A stretch of DNA of 64,000 nucleotides from Bacteroidia bacterium (GTDB lineage: Bacteria > Bacteroidota > Bacteroidia > Palsa-965): NCBI GenBank assembly GCA_044344795.1, contig JBIJCF010000006.1:32245-96244 (forward strand). The letters run 5' to 3'. The notes under the pieces are model-generated. The model did not search any database, was not told where the DNA came from, and was given only the letters and a program-made list of their open reading frames with translations. The position numbers and the translations under genes were made by a program. How positions within the stretch are numbered: the stretch's first letter is position 1; each line of letters opens with the position of its first letter. This document shows positions 40,686 through 50,197 of the stretch, one piece after another.

Positions 40686-42271
40686 TAGTTCGATTTGATA
40701 TTGTCTTTATAATTCGGGATTCCTTCAAGAATGACACGTACGCCGCGTAATTCAGCAGCTTGCTGGAAATTGAGTAATGCCTCAATGATATCGTCATCGA
40801 TGAAATCGGATTTTCGTCCATCAATTATTACTGTTACGTTATCAGGAATATTTTCGAGCGTTTCCATTACAGCCGCTTTATTCATAAACGTAACGTCTTT
40901 GTAGAAGCGCAATAGATAATTGTCATTGTGTTGATGTAAGCGGTGGACAGTTTTGAAATTGGTGCGGGCAACATAATAGATACCCACTGCCATTCCGATT
41001 CCGATTCCGATGAGTAAGTCGCTGAATAAAATGGCCACAATCGTAACGATAAATGGCATAAAATGATCCATGCCGCGTGACCACGCTTCTTTATACAATG
41101 CAGGTTTTGATAATTTGTAACCGGTCATCAACAAGATAGCCGCTAATGATGCGTTGGGTATTTTATTGATGAATGGCGCTAAAAAAGCCACAGCAATGAG
41201 TAACCACATGCCATGAAAAATGGCAGACATTTTTGTGCGAGCTCCGGAGTTGACATTGGCAGAACTTCTTACAATTACAGCCGTAATAGGTAACCCCCCA
41301 ATTAATCCGGAAATTAAATTTCCTGAACCTTGAGCGATCAATTCACGATTGGTTGGAGTAACACGTTTGAACGGGTCGATCTTATCGGCTGCCTCAACAC
41401 TAAGCAATGTCTCTAAGCTGGCTACTATAGCCAATTTTATTGCTAAAACATACACGGTATAATTGGAAAGTGCCGACCAATCAGGGCTTGAAAAGAAACC
41501 AAAAAATTCTTGTGTTGATCCTGCTACCGGTAAATTCACTAGGTGATCTCCGGATAAACCGGTTCCTTGTCCCGTGAAAATCTCGTTGAGCACGATGCCA
41601 AGAATAACAACGATAAGTGAACCCGGAATAAATTGGAAGACTTTGAATTGCTTGATGAGCTTTGTGTCGAACAACACCAAAATAGCCATTGAAATAATAC
41701 AAATGATGACTGCGCTAGGACTAACGAAGTTGAATGCGTTTAAGATTTCGCTAAATGTGTTTTCATTATCCGGTTGAATAAACGATTCATCGCCTTCAAA
41801 GTCTTTGTCGTAACCAACCCCATGAGGAATTTGTTTCATAATGAGGATAAGGCCGATTGCAGCCAACATACCCCGAATTACAGATGATGGAAACCAATAC
41901 CCGATAATGCCGAGACGAAATATTCCGAACAGAATTTGAAATATCCCGGCTGCTGCAACAACTAATAAAAACGCCTGAAAATTATTGCCAAGGTCTTGTA
42001 TGCCGCTTAGCACAATTACTGTCAATCCTGCAGCAGGACCACTTACGCTAACGCTGGATTTACTGATGCCGGCTACAACTATGCCGCCAATCAGACCGGC
42101 AATGATTCCGGAGAAAGGTGGTGCACCGGATGCGAGCGCGATACCCAAACATAATGGTAAGGCCACTAAAAAAACGACAATAGATGCGGGGACATCTTTG
42201 CCCAAGTGGCTGAATAAGCCGTGTTGTGCTTTCATTAATTTAGAACAGAGGTATAGTTGGGAACTCCGCAA
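40685..42271 (-). CDS. SulP family inorganic anion transporter with a C-terminal STAS domain.
   Basis: About 11 TM segments. The SulP signature region and a C-terminal STAS domain (VIIDGRKSDFIDDDIIEAL) are present. Its stop overlaps the carbonic anhydrase start (ATGA). Confidence 0.9.
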   Translation of the reverse strand: MRSSQLYLCSKLMKAQHGLFSHLGKDVPASIVVFLVALPLCLGIALASGAPPFSGIIAGLIGGIVVAGISKSSVSVSGPAAGLTVIVLSGIQDLGNNFQAFLLVVAAAGIFQILFGIFRLGIIGYWFPSSVIRGMLAAIGLILIMKQIPHGVGYDKDFEGDESFIQPDNENTFSEILNAFNFVSPSAVIICIISMAILVLFDTKLIKQFKVFQFIPGSLIVVILGIVLNEIFTGQGTGLSGDHLVNLPVAGSTQEFFGFFSSPDWSALSNYTVYVLAIKLAIVASLETLLSVEAADKIDPFKRVTPTNRELIAQGSGNLISGLIGGLPITAVIVRSSANVNSGARTKMSAIFHGMWLLIAVAFLAPFINKIPNASLAAILLMTGYKLSKPALYKEAWSRGMDHFMPFIVTIVAILFSDLLIGIGIGMAVGIYYVARTNFKTVHRLHQHNDNYLLRFYKDVTFMNKAAVMETLENIPDNVTVIIDGRKSDFIDDDIIEALLNFQQAAELRGVRVILEGIPNYKDNIKSN

Positions 42272-42342
42272 AGATAATTAAATGGCTTTCCGTTGCACTA
42301 AAGTTGATGTATCTTAACAATCGTTAACGTACACTTTTTCAG

Positions 42343-43299
42343 ATGTCTTCATCCAAAATTATTTTGACCGCCGACGACTACGGAGCAATGCCTTTTATTG
42401 ATGTGGCGATTGAAGAAGCTGTTGCTAAAGGCAAAATAAATTCAGTGGCAACTTTTGTTACGTATGGAAAATATAATGAAGAAAAGATTGAACACATTAA
42501 GCAACTGATAAAAGATGCACCCGGAAAAGTCGGTGTGGGTTTGCATTTTTCCCTTACCGCAGGACAACCATTATCGGATGGACTTGGACCAATTGTGGAG
42601 ACTGATGAACACGGTGTAAAACGGTTTTCGGAAGCGCAACTTTTCCCGTTTGATCATTTAAGTAAAGACGAGGTAGCGCGTGAGTTAGAATTGCAAATCG
42701 AAAAAATGGCGGATCATTTAGGTGGAGCGGAAAAGATTGATTCCATCTCGAACCACCATGGAGTGGCGTACATGGATCATGAATTGTTTGATGCTTTAAG
42801 TTCGGTTGCTGCGCGATATAAAATTCCTATCCGAAGTCCTTTGTCGTGGATGCAATCGGGATTGAAATGGAAGCGCATTAATTTGCCTTCCGATGCTGTG
42901 ATTTGGGAAGGATTTCGTTTGGGTTTCTGGAGAAATCTGGGTGAAATGACGAAGAAAGATATGTATGCGCGTGTGGATTTGGCTAAACAACGGAATTTGC
43001 ATTTCCCTTTTTGCACTGCGGATGTTATTTACGGCAAACCTACTGAATCGCGCATGTTGACATTACTGGAACAGTATGAAGGAAATCGGATGACGACAGA
43101 GTTTATGTTTCATTTGGGCGATCCTTCGGAACATGCGCCGCCAGCTGTGCACGGTATTAATCCCGCATACTTTACTAAACGGAAACACGAATACGACTTA
43201 CTGATGAAATTTCCTTTGGACACCCAACTGATGGTGAGGGAAATTCAGAAGGCTGTGTTTCGGGATATGAGTTCAATAGATCGTGAACTAGATAGCTAG
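42343..43299 (+). CDS. YdjC/ChbG-family carbohydrate deacetylase.
   Basis: N-terminal YdjC signature ILTADDYGAMPFIDVAIEEAVAKGKINSVA (DD-Y/F-G metal site). Confidence 0.65.
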   Translation: MSSSKIILTADDYGAMPFIDVAIEEAVAKGKINSVATFVTYGKYNEEKIEHIKQLIKDAPGKVGVGLHFSLTAGQPLSDGLGPIVETDEHGVKRFSEAQLFPFDHLSKDEVARELELQIEKMADHLGGAEKIDSISNHHGVAYMDHELFDALSSVAARYKIPIRSPLSWMQSGLKWKRINLPSDAVIWEGFRLGFWRNLGEMTKKDMYARVDLAKQRNLHFPFCTADVIYGKPTESRMLTLLEQYEGNRMTTEFMFHLGDPSEHAPPAVHGINPAYFTKRKHEYDLLMKFPLDTQLMVREIQKAVFRDMSSIDRELDS

Positions 43300-43302
43300 G
43301 AA

Positions 43303-43620
43303 TTATTTTCCTGTCGGTATCGTGTCTTCTACAATCACGTATATTTCTTCATTATCCTTTTTCATCAGATAATGTTCACGGGCGAATTTTTCCAGCAGTA
43401 CGGTGTCGCTCTGCAATTGCTCCAGCGCTTCTTTATTGCGACGGATTTCATCTTTATAAAACTGAACATCCTTTTCCAGTTTCTCCACCTGCTGTTTTCT
43501 GTCCATCTGCGTGAAGAAATCGTTCTTGTCGAAAAACAGCAACCAGATCGCCAGAACTACAATCACCAGTATGTAGCGATTGGTAAAGAATTTCAAAACC
43601 GGATGCTGAGCCCATTTCAT
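43303..43620 (-). CDS. Septum-formation initiator (FtsB/DivIC-like) protein.
   Basis: 105 aa with an N-terminal TM (ILVIVVLAIWLLF), then a coiled coil (LEKDVQFYKDEIRRNKEALEQLQ) typical of the FtsB/DivIC family. Confidence 0.55.
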   Translation of the reverse strand: MKWAQHPVLKFFTNRYILVIVVLAIWLLFFDKNDFFTQMDRKQQVEKLEKDVQFYKDEIRRNKEALEQLQSDTVLLEKFAREHYLMKKDNEEIYVIVEDTIPTGK

Positions 43621-43772
43621 GGTGATAAAATTACGAGGAGTAATTGGTTGTCGAACTGATTTATTCCTGCGTTTTCCAAATGTTATTCAGTTGGGATTGT
43701 TAATTATGAAGGTGTAATAGCTTGCTATTATTTGTAATTTCAAATTAGTTTAAAGAACTATAGATATTAACT

Positions 43773-44711
43773 ATGACCTTACAACAACTCGAATACATTG
43801 TAGCTGTAGGCCGATACGGCAGTTTTGTGGAAGCGGCTGATAAGTGTTTCGTAACGCAACCAACGCTTTCTATGCAGGTGAAAAAGTTGGAGGATGAGTT
43901 GGGGATTATTTTGTTCGATCGTTCCCGACAGCCGGTGGCGATTACCGAAGCAGGCAGACAATTTTTGGAGCAAGCACAAATTATTCTTCGGGAACAACAA
44001 CGCTTGTTGGAAATGGTGAAAGATTTTAAAGGTGAAACCGGAGGTGATTTACGTCTTGCGGTGATTCCAACTTTAGCGCCTTATCTGTTGCCTGTTTTTG
44101 TTCGTGAGTTTACCAACAAATATCCCGGAGTGAATTTGATTGTTCGGGAGATGACTACGGAACAAATTGTGCAAGCACTGCGCAACGAAACTTTAGATGT
44201 CGGTTTACTCGCGACGCCATTACCGGAATCCGATTTGCACGAACTTCATTTATTTTACGAACCTTTTGTGGGCTATTTGTCCAAAGGACATTCGCTTTGG
44301 AATAAAAAAACAATTAAAGTGGATGATCTCGATCCGGAACAAATTTGGTTGCTTTCCGAAGGTCATTGTATGCGTAATCAGGTGTTGAATCTTTGTCGGG
44401 AACAACCGCATTCCGGCGACCAGCAATTTGTTTATGAAAGCGGTAGCGTGGAAACGTTGAAGCGGCTCGTGGACACCGGGGAAGGAATGACCATTTTACC
44501 GTGGTTAGCGACGGTTGGAATGAGCAATAAACAATTGCAGCAGGTGCGATATTTTAGAACTCCTGAGCCTGTGCGTCAAATTAGTTTGGTAACGCACCGC
44601 TCACAACTCAAGCGCAAGCTGGTCGAGTTGTTGGCGAATTGTATCCGACAAACAATACCGACCACATTAAAGCGTTCTATGAAACAAGATATTATCCCCA
44701 TTGAAGCATGA
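43773..44711 (+). CDS. oxyR: LysR-family redox-sensing regulator OxyR.
   Basis: HTH LQQLEYIVAVGRYGSFVEAADKCFVTQPTLSMQVKKLE. The redox Cys pair lies in LLSEGHCMRNQVLNLC, matching E. coli LLEDGHCLRDQAMGFC (C199/C208). Confidence 0.85.
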   Translation: MTLQQLEYIVAVGRYGSFVEAADKCFVTQPTLSMQVKKLEDELGIILFDRSRQPVAITEAGRQFLEQAQIILREQQRLLEMVKDFKGETGGDLRLAVIPTLAPYLLPVFVREFTNKYPGVNLIVREMTTEQIVQALRNETLDVGLLATPLPESDLHELHLFYEPFVGYLSKGHSLWNKKTIKVDDLDPEQIWLLSEGHCMRNQVLNLCREQPHSGDQQFVYESGSVETLKRLVDTGEGMTILPWLATVGMSNKQLQQVRYFRTPEPVRQISLVTHRSQLKRKLVELLANCIRQTIPTTLKRSMKQDIIPIEA

Positions 44712-45475
44712 GAACGACAGCTGTATTTCTGATTACACTATTTTCAATCGTATTGCTATTTTGGCAAGGCGCACCCAAAGCCACTCCCGTAACATTTCGT
44801 GCCGAACAGATGAAGCACAGTCGTGTTAAAGCAGCGTACATTGAGAAATGGGATGGAATCGAATCGCGATTGAAGGAACTTGACGTACAAGTTGCAACGC
44901 TGGAAGTTTTTATTCGATCGTTTAAGCACGAGAAGGTAACGGAAGTGTGGGTGAAAAATAAAACCGACAAAACGTGGAAAAAGTATCGCGATTACAAGGT
45001 TTGTATGTCGTCTGGCGAATTGGGTCCTAAGCGATGCCAAGGTGATGGTCAGGTTCCGGAAGGATTTTATCATGTGAATGTTTTTAATCCATACAGCAAT
45101 TTTCATCTATCACTTGGTGTAAGTTATCCGAATGCTTCAGATCGCGTGTTTGCTTGTAAGCGTGATCCCGGCGGAGCAATTATGATTCATGGCGATTGTG
45201 TTACGATAGGATGTATTCCGCTTACGGATGATAAAATAAAGGAAGTGTATGTGCTGTGCGTAGAGGCCAAAAATGCGGGACAGCAAAAGATTCCCATTCA
45301 TGTTTTCCCGACACGCATGAGCGAGGAGCGCTTACGAGAAATTAAAGCAACAACAGATGATGCAGCAGTAAAATCGTTTTGGGATAATTTGAAAACAGGA
45401 TATGATTATTTCGAAACGAAAACTGCACTGCCTTTCGTAACTGTTGATGCAAAAGGGAAATACATTTTTCGCTAA
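44708..45475 (+). CDS. L,D-transpeptidase (YkuD) catalytic-domain family protein.
   Basis: IMIHGDCVTIGCIPL resembles the YkuD His...Gly-Cys catalytic block. It has an N-terminal TM or signal. Its start overlaps the oxyR stop (ATGA). Confidence 0.5.
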   Translation: MRTTAVFLITLFSIVLLFWQGAPKATPVTFRAEQMKHSRVKAAYIEKWDGIESRLKELDVQVATLEVFIRSFKHEKVTEVWVKNKTDKTWKKYRDYKVCMSSGELGPKRCQGDGQVPEGFYHVNVFNPYSNFHLSLGVSYPNASDRVFACKRDPGGAIMIHGDCVTIGCIPLTDDKIKEVYVLCVEAKNAGQQKIPIHVFPTRMSEERLREIKATTDDAAVKSFWDNLKTGYDYFETKTALPFVTVDAKGKYIFR

Positions 45476-45478
45476 GAA

Positions 45479-47869
45479 TTAACGGTTGCGAGAAGGTACA
45501 ATTTCCACTTTGGTCATAATTGTCTCTCCGTTATCATCAACACAAGTCACACGGTGTTGTCCTTCGGAAGGATTGAGTGCCAGCTGATGAATTCCTGTTG
45601 TCGATCCCACAAATTCCTCGTCGAGATGCCAATGCACAGTGGCCGTTGGACTTCTATGCGCAAGTTCAAAAATGATTTTACCCGGCCTTCCATCCAACTC
45701 TGTGGGTAAACTTAAACGAGTTTCTTCTCGTGGATAAACAAATTCCATATAGGAAGAACTTTGATGCGAGCATCCGGATAAATACGGTGGCAATACTTTG
45801 TACAACGGGTTTTTCACGCGGTAATAAAATTCCATAGCAGGCGGTAGCACAAACCAAGAAACATGTTGCATTTCAGAAGGCGATGCACAATCGCTGCTGA
45901 CACGATATTTAAGAGACGCATCCAGATGCACGGTACGATGGTATTTGCAGGCACCCGATTTAAGTCCGGCTTCCGGAATCCATTGTTGTTGTCCTTCGCA
46001 TAAGTCGAGCGCACGCATCCCCGATTGTGCACATACACGAACTTGTTTCATTAACTGTTCCGGTTTTTCAAACCAATCGGGCGAACGTAACATGGAAAAA
46101 ATGTCAAACAGAATAGGTGCTGCAGTTTGTATTCCTGTTAACCCCGGTCGTCCTTCTCCTGTTGCATTGCCTACCCAAACTGCTATTACATATTTTGGTG
46201 TTACGCCCACAGCCCAGCCGTCTCTGAATCCGAAGCTGGTCCCTGTTTTCCATGCAATGCGTGATGATGTGCTAAACTTACTCCAGTTGGCATCTTCTTC
46301 GGGGCGATTTACTTCGGTGAGTGCATCGAATGTGAACCATGTTGCAGCGGGATCCAACCAGGAATGATCATTTAATTTCCCTTCTATTGTTGGTGTCGCT
46401 GTTGCAATATAATGTGGCGGATAGAAATCTAATTTGGTTTGTGTACGAGTTGCATTGTAGCGGTTTAAGGAACGCGCCATCGATGCGTACATACCTGCAA
46501 TATCCCAGAGTTTTCCTTCTGCACCACCAAGAATCAAGGAAAGACCGTATTCGTCCGGCGTGCGGAATAAGGTGGTCATGCCGCAATTTTTGAGTCGTTC
46601 ATAAAAACGATTAACCGTGTGCGATTGTAACATGCGAACAGCAGGTACATTGAGCGAACGGGCTAATGCACGCGACGCAGGAACAGCACCGTCGTAAGCA
46701 CGATTAAAGTTTTCGGGATTATAACCGGAAAGGTCAGTTGGAATATCAGCAACAATAGTATGGGGAAGTAGTTCGCCCTCCGTAAGCATGGACGCATAAA
46801 GAATAGGTTTCAGAATACTACCTGTACTGCGCGGTGCATTAATTACATCTACCTGATTACTGTATTCCTTGAATTCGTTTGCTGTATTACCCACATATGC
46901 TAAAGTTGCACCATCTTCTACACGAAGCACTAATGCTGCTGCATTATGTATTTGATTGCCCGACAAACGTTCGGCATGACGCTGCAACGCATCGGTTACT
47001 TGTTCCTGCAAGTTTTTATCTAATGTAGATGTAACGCGTTTCCCTTCGTTCCCTTCTTTGCGGCAACGATCGAGTAGGTGCGGAGCTAATCGCGGCAAAG
47101 GATAAGGTGCACCCGGTAAAGGTTCTTGCATGGCGAGATGTGCAGCTTCCACGGCAATTATTCCTTCATCAGCCATGTGCTGTAATAAACGATCACGTTT
47201 CGTTTTCAATCGCTCTTGATTTTTTCCCGGATAAATCAATGAAGGACTATTTGGTAAAACGGCCAGTGTAGCGGCTTCTGCCCAAGACAAGTTTTCAGGC
47301 GAACGACCGAAGTAGCGCCACGATGCAGCATCAATGCCTACGACGTTTCCGCCAAATGGTGCATGTGAAGCATAGAGCGCAAGAATTTCTTCTTTATCAT
47401 GAGTAAATTCAATACGCACAGCCCAAATCATTTCAATCAACTTGTTCCAAAAATTTCTGGGTTGATTTTTTCTCGCCATTCTGGCTAATTGCATGGTGAT
47501 TGTACTGCCACCAGAAACAATTTTTCCGCGAGACATATTTTGAGAGGCTGCTCGCATAATCCCCGTTACATCAACACCGGCATGTTCCGCGAAGTAGCGA
47601 TCTTCAAATTGAATTAAACAAAGTGCATATTTTAACGGAACCAGTTTTCTTTCCGGAAACCGCCATTGACCATCAGCCGCAATTTTCGCTCCCAATAAAT
47701 GTTGTTTTTCATCTTCAAGAACCGTAGCGGTTGGATCTGTGAATAAAGGGCGCGGAAGAAAAAAGATAAACCACAATACCAAAACCAACAATACAGTGAA
47801 CACCACAGTCCTTTTCGGATTTGTAGAATGCGCCATCTTCAGTTGATTGATGCGTGATTGCAGTTTCAT
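45479..47869 (-). CDS. pbpC: Penicillin-binding protein 1C (transglycosylase + transpeptidase + PBP1C C-terminal domain).
   Basis: GT51 motifs (GGSTITMQLAR, RYFAEHAGVD). Transpeptidase SxxK (STGSILKP) and KTG(T/S) (KTGTSFG). An extra C-terminal Ig-like domain typical of PbpC. 796 aa. Confidence 0.85.
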   Translation of the reverse strand: MKLQSRINQLKMAHSTNPKRTVVFTVLLVLVLWFIFFLPRPLFTDPTATVLEDEKQHLLGAKIAADGQWRFPERKLVPLKYALCLIQFEDRYFAEHAGVDVTGIMRAASQNMSRGKIVSGGSTITMQLARMARKNQPRNFWNKLIEMIWAVRIEFTHDKEEILALYASHAPFGGNVVGIDAASWRYFGRSPENLSWAEAATLAVLPNSPSLIYPGKNQERLKTKRDRLLQHMADEGIIAVEAAHLAMQEPLPGAPYPLPRLAPHLLDRCRKEGNEGKRVTSTLDKNLQEQVTDALQRHAERLSGNQIHNAAALVLRVEDGATLAYVGNTANEFKEYSNQVDVINAPRSTGSILKPILYASMLTEGELLPHTIVADIPTDLSGYNPENFNRAYDGAVPASRALARSLNVPAVRMLQSHTVNRFYERLKNCGMTTLFRTPDEYGLSLILGGAEGKLWDIAGMYASMARSLNRYNATRTQTKLDFYPPHYIATATPTIEGKLNDHSWLDPAATWFTFDALTEVNRPEEDANWSKFSTSSRIAWKTGTSFGFRDGWAVGVTPKYVIAVWVGNATGEGRPGLTGIQTAAPILFDIFSMLRSPDWFEKPEQLMKQVRVCAQSGMRALDLCEGQQQWIPEAGLKSGACKYHRTVHLDASLKYRVSSDCASPSEMQHVSWFVLPPAMEFYYRVKNPLYKVLPPYLSGCSHQSSSYMEFVYPREETRLSLPTELDGRPGKIIFELAHRSPTATVHWHLDEEFVGSTTGIHQLALNPSEGQHRVTCVDDNGETIMTKVEIVPSRNR

Positions 47870-47945
47870 TACAAGTCAAAGATAAGCGGTAAAGAAGGAT
47901 GCCTGTCGTGTATTGAATAAGTGTAGTTAAACTTCGAAAATTCGT

Positions 47946-48395
47946 TTGCGTTTATGGAAATCCATCAAGTGTTGCATCATTACATTAAACGCAATTCGTA
48001 TGATACACATTCAGCAACCGTGTTCCGCATCATGGGACAACATGACTCCGGTTAACGGTGGAAGATTCTGCTCGTACTGCAATAAGACGGTGCATGATTT
48101 TGCTGCTATGACCACAGCCGAAATTCAAGAAGTGTTAAAGGTCTCAGCCGGAAATAAATTGTGTGTGCGAGTTAAGGTTATAGCACCGGCTAGACGAACT
48201 CCGCGATTGCTCAAGTTTTTGGCGGCAGTGTTGGTTGTGTTTGGTTTAGGGTTATTTCAATCGTGTTCTCGTCCCCCGGGTGTTTTGGTAATGGGCGGGA
48301 TGCAGACTGTTGTTGGCGATACAATTCCGACTTCCGATACTGTTCCTGTTGAACATACACTCGGTGAAATTGAAGCTCCTCCGCATGGTGCATGA
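47946..48395 (+). CDS. Hypothetical single-pass membrane protein with an N-terminal Cys/His cluster (possible zinc-binding).
   Basis: PCSASWDNMTPVNGGRFCSYCNKTVHDF gives C-x17-C-x2-C-x4-H. A TM follows (LLKFLAAVLVVFGLGLF). It is the first gene of a 3-gene overlap-coupled set. The likely true start is the internal MIHIQQP. Confidence 0.4.
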   Translation: MRLWKSIKCCIITLNAIRMIHIQQPCSASWDNMTPVNGGRFCSYCNKTVHDFAAMTTAEIQEVLKVSAGNKLCVRVKVIAPARRTPRLLKFLAAVLVVFGLGLFQSCSRPPGVLVMGGMQTVVGDTIPTSDTVPVEHTLGEIEAPPHGA

Positions 48396-48898
48396 GCGCA
48401 GCACCTATATTTGTTGCAAATGACTCCATTATGATTCTTCGCCTTATTGCTATTTCTCTTGTTGCACTTATAACGCAAGCAGCTACTTGTAAGAAGTCGG
48501 TTTCTAAATCGGATACTGTTGTTGCTGATTCAATAACTCCCGTAACTATGGATACTGCATTGCCACAGGATAACCGCAAACATCCGCCCGCTTTACCAAT
48601 TGAGCCGACCTATCCGGAAGGACGATTGGCGCTGGAACAGTTTATCGCCAAGAACACCATTTACCCTGAAGCCGCTAAGAAGGCCGGAATAACAGGGCAA
48701 GTGATCGTTGGATTTATGGTAAAAAAAGATGGTTCGTTAAGTGACTTTAAGCTGTGGAAGGGATTAGGCTATGGGTGCGATGAAGAAGCCATGCGCGTTG
48801 CCCGTTTGATGCCGAACTGGAAGCCCGGTAAAAAAGACGGTGTTGACGTGGATATGGAATATCAAATTTATGTCCCGTTCCCGCCGGTTAAAAAATGA
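48392..48898 (+). CDS. TonB C-terminal-domain lipoprotein (energy-transducer TonB family), paralogue 1.
   Basis: Signal with lipobox-like AATC. TonB_C block YPEAAKKAGITGQVIVGFMVKKDGSLSDFKL...GYGCDEEAMRVARLMPNWKPGKKDGVDV. Confidence 0.65.
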   Translation: MSAAPIFVANDSIMILRLIAISLVALITQAATCKKSVSKSDTVVADSITPVTMDTALPQDNRKHPPALPIEPTYPEGRLALEQFIAKNTIYPEAAKKAGITGQVIVGFMVKKDGSLSDFKLWKGLGYGCDEEAMRVARLMPNWKPGKKDGVDVDMEYQIYVPFPPVKK

Positions 48899-49437
48899 AG
48901 AGACGACAGCTGCTATCTTTTATTTGCATCGCATGGATCTATGCCTGCTCTTCGTCTGAAACGCCCGATACAGTAGTGTATCAAGAGCATTTTTCCAACG
49001 AAAGTCCTCAATTAGAGTTAACATTTTTAACCGATACGTTTAAAGTTCGCAGACGTACGGGCAGCGCAGTTGTTTCATTAGATACTTTTCGAACAACGCC
49101 GCCAACAACGGTTTCAGGGAATGAAGTCATCGAGATACAGCCGGATGTACCACCTCAGTTTAACGGGGGCGATGCGGCATTGAGAGCTTATCTGAAAAAG
49201 AAATGCGTTTATCCTTTGGTTGCTTTCCAGAATGAAGTTTCGGGTGTAGTTACGATTAGCTTCCGGATTTGTGCTGATGGGTCTATTGAAGGCATCAAAG
49301 TCAAGCGCTCTGTGGGTTTCGGCTGTGATGAAATGGCCGTAGATGTGGTAAAAAATATGCCGAATTGGATTCCCGGAACTAAAAGCGGAAAAAATGTTAA
49401 ATGTCCTGTCGCGCTGGATGTGCCATGTGGTCGTTAG
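48895..49437 (+). CDS. TonB C-terminal-domain lipoprotein, paralogue 2.
   Basis: Signal with lipobox-like IYAC. TonB_C block QFNGGDAALRAYLKKKCVYPLVAFQNEVSGVVTISFRICADGSIEGIKV...GFGCDEMAVDVVKNMPNWIPGTKSGKNV. It shares the G.GCDE.A..V...MPNW.PG.K.G..V pattern with the upstream gene. Confidence 0.65.
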   Translation: MKRRQLLSFICIAWIYACSSSETPDTVVYQEHFSNESPQLELTFLTDTFKVRRRTGSAVVSLDTFRTTPPTTVSGNEVIEIQPDVPPQFNGGDAALRAYLKKKCVYPLVAFQNEVSGVVTISFRICADGSIEGIKVKRSVGFGCDEMAVDVVKNMPNWIPGTKSGKNVKCPVALDVPCGR

Positions 49438-49481
49438 TGAGGTACTTTGCTATCTTTGCCTAGTAACTAATCAGCATAACA

Positions 49482-50117
49482 GTGAATAATAGATTTTCAG
49501 TCGTTCTAAACGTCGTATTGGTGATTGCGGTGATCGTATTGTTCGTCCTTCACTTTTCATCAAAACCTAATGAAGGTGCTGTTGCAGGAACTAAGGATTC
49601 TGTAAAGCAATTGACGTTCGAAATTCCAAAGAATTTGCACGGTGCACGCGTATTGTATATCAATGTGGATTCGTTGGATACGCAATATGAAGCCTTCACC
49701 GATTTGAGCAAGGAAACTTCATCCAGCTATAAGTATAAGTTGACACAATACCAGAACAAAGGAGTGGAGTTGCAGCAGCGTTATGCTGCACTTCAGGAAA
49801 AAGTGCAAATGGGAACCATTTCCGCTGACGAAGCAGCAAAAGAAGAGGCAGCGATTAATAAAGGTATGGACGATTTGAAGCGCATGGAAACCGAATTGCA
49901 GTTGATGGAAACGAATGCGATGAAGAAAAATCAGATTATTACTGAAGAAATTTCAAAGTACTTCAAGTCTTACGCACAGCAAAAAGGAATTGACTTTATT
50001 TTGGGTTATGGAGGAAGTAGCACGGTGTTGTATGCAACAGACAGCCTGGATGTGACCATGGAAATTGTAACGGCGTTGAACGCTGAATACCGTGCGAACA
50101 AAGCGACAAAGAAGTAA
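49482..50117 (+). CDS. OmpH/Skp-like periplasmic chaperone.
   Basis: N-terminal signal-anchor, then an about 180-aa coiled-coil-rich region (LQQRYAALQEKVQ...), consistent with Bacteroidota OmpH. Confidence 0.55.
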   Translation: MNNRFSVVLNVVLVIAVIVLFVLHFSSKPNEGAVAGTKDSVKQLTFEIPKNLHGARVLYINVDSLDTQYEAFTDLSKETSSSYKYKLTQYQNKGVELQQRYAALQEKVQMGTISADEAAKEEAAINKGMDDLKRMETELQLMETNAMKKNQIITEEISKYFKSYAQQKGIDFILGYGGSSTVLYATDSLDVTMEIVTALNAEYRANKATKK

Positions 50118-50137
50118 TTAGTTTTTAACAAGTTTTC

Positions 50138-50176
50138 ATCCTGTCGGGTTCTGCTCGGCAGGATTTCTTTTTTTTG
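50138..50176 (+). terminator. Rho-independent terminator after the OmpH-like gene.
   Basis: 9-bp stem ATCCTGTCG / CGGCAGGAT (one G·U) with a 9-nt loop, then TTTCTTTTTTTTG. Confidence 0.75.
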
Positions 50177-50197
50177 ATCTACACAAAATCACGGATC

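Noticed and set aside
50174-50197. TTG start for the MazG-like ORF at 50174.
   Set aside because: It lies inside the U-tract of the preceding terminator. The first ATG is at 50198.
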